From IMG/VR virus record IMGVR_UViG_3300034104_004810, positions 1 to 35,035 of that record: a stretch of DNA of 35,035 bases, one strand, 5' to 3'. Source of the DNA: a virus. Taxonomy: Duplodnaviria > Caudoviricetes. Numbering within the stretch: the first letter of the stretch is position 1; each line of letters begins with the position of its first letter. The notes beneath the pieces are model-generated. The model saw only the letters and a program-made list of their open reading frames with translations. It searched no databases and was not told where the DNA came from. Shown one piece after another: positions 34,249 through 35,035 of this stretch. Made by a program: the position numbers and the translations under genes.

Positions 34249-35035
34249 ATGGGAATTATAGTTGAATGCGCTCAAGAGGGCGTACAAAATAGAAATACCG
34301 GAGCAAAGGAGCAATGCTTAGAAGGTGTTGTTATTCGTCACGCATTAGCATCTGACGAACAAGAATTTGCGACCGTGGAAGCTGCCAAAACTTTGGCAAA
34401 TTGGAAAGCTGATATTGCATCCAAAGACATCATTCCTCTTTACGAGATTGAAGAATTGGCGGTTGCCGATACAGAAGATACTTTCTTTGAAGGTAGAGAG
34501 AAACGTTACAAAACAGCAAGTGGAAAGAAAATCAGAACTTTCAATTGTTTTTTAGGTTTATGTTCTCATAATGCTTTGAAATCTTACAACGGTAAGAAAA
34601 TGCGCATCTATGAGTTTACAGATGCTCAGGAAATCAAAGCGATCAGTCCAGATGGCTCTAAAGTCAAAGGTCAGTTAGTGACTATTGAGGTTGGAAAAAG
34701 GGTAGACGCTATGCCGGATAAGCCAGCTCACACGCCAGTAACTTTGACTTATGCTGATTTCAACGAATTCGAAAACGACGGTGCAATTTTGAAACCAACT
34801 TGGTCTCAAATTGAATTGAACGGGATTTTTGATGTTGAAATTTCAATCGTTTCTGCATCTGCAACTTCTGTGAAGTTTACCGTTGATGCTGGATGTGCTG
34901 GTGATATAGTAACTTCTTTGGAAAATGCTGATTTGACCTTCAAAAAACCAGATGGAACCCCAGTAACTCATTCTTTTGTTGCGGCTGATGCCAATGGTGT
35001 TTATGAGTTCACAGGAACTGGATTCGCTACTGGTG
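34249..35035 (+). CDS. Probable major tail (tube) protein, truncated by window end (not in ORF track)
   Basis: Open frame MGIIVECAQEG...NTGAKEQCLEG...VYEFTGTGFATG with no stop; beta-rich C-terminal part. Confidence 0.7.
   Translation, partial: MGIIVECAQEGVQNRNTGAKEQCLEGVVIRHALASDEQEFATVEAAKTLANWKADIASKDIIPLYEIEELAVADTEDTFFEGREKRYKTASGKKIRTFNCFLGLCSHNALKSYNGKKMRIYEFTDAQEIKAISPDGSKVKGQLVTIEVGKRVDAMPDKPAHTPVTLTYADFNEFENDGAILKPTWSQIELNGIFDVEISIVSASATSVKFTVDAGCAGDIVTSLENADLTFKKPDGTPVTHSFVAADANGVYEFTGTGFATG

Noticed and set aside
678-34555. Other short overlapping ORFs in the track (e.g. 678-905, 3143-3358, 4406-4690, 6003-6299, 8239-8469, 34367-34555)
   Set aside because: Antisense or off-frame within better supported genes, with no independent signals.
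1-35035. CRISPR array, reverse transcriptase/DGR, IS element, lysis cassette
   Set aside because: No regularly spaced repeats, RT motif, transposase or endolysin recognised in this window.

Overview
A 35-kb AT-rich segment of a temperate Bacteroidota (Flavobacterium-like) siphovirus; the host is inferred from TAnnTTTG promoters and the gene families. Order: accessory HTH and small genes; tyrosine integrase next to an apparently intact attP (tmRNA-like 3'-end core with arm repeats on both sides, so probably the excised or circular form); immunity region (S24/LexA-like repressor, Cro-like gene); recombination/replication module (Rad50-like ATPase, RecT, MBL hydrolase, DEDDh exonuclease, SNF2 helicase, DUF4373 initiator, DnaC-like ATPase, RuvC-like resolvase); accessory block (MTase, PcfK/AcrIIA9-like, PcfJ, phage beta-clamp, PAPS-reductase-like, Hc1-like, ASCH, secreted and outer-membrane proteins); packaging, head and tail genes. 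The most unusual feature is a ~0.9-kb RNA island between terS and terL. It holds one near-canonical tRNA-Tyr, two tRNA-like RNAs with intact acceptor/D/T arms whose anticodon arm is replaced by a ~66-nt structured domain (Ala-like and Leu-like), and three further self-closed structured RNAs. Two genes carry single in-frame TAA stops. A tandem GTAATA-N5-TATTAC operator/promoter architecture recurs at three promoters. All family calls are by eye from motifs and remembered families, not database searches; RNA folds were traced by hand.
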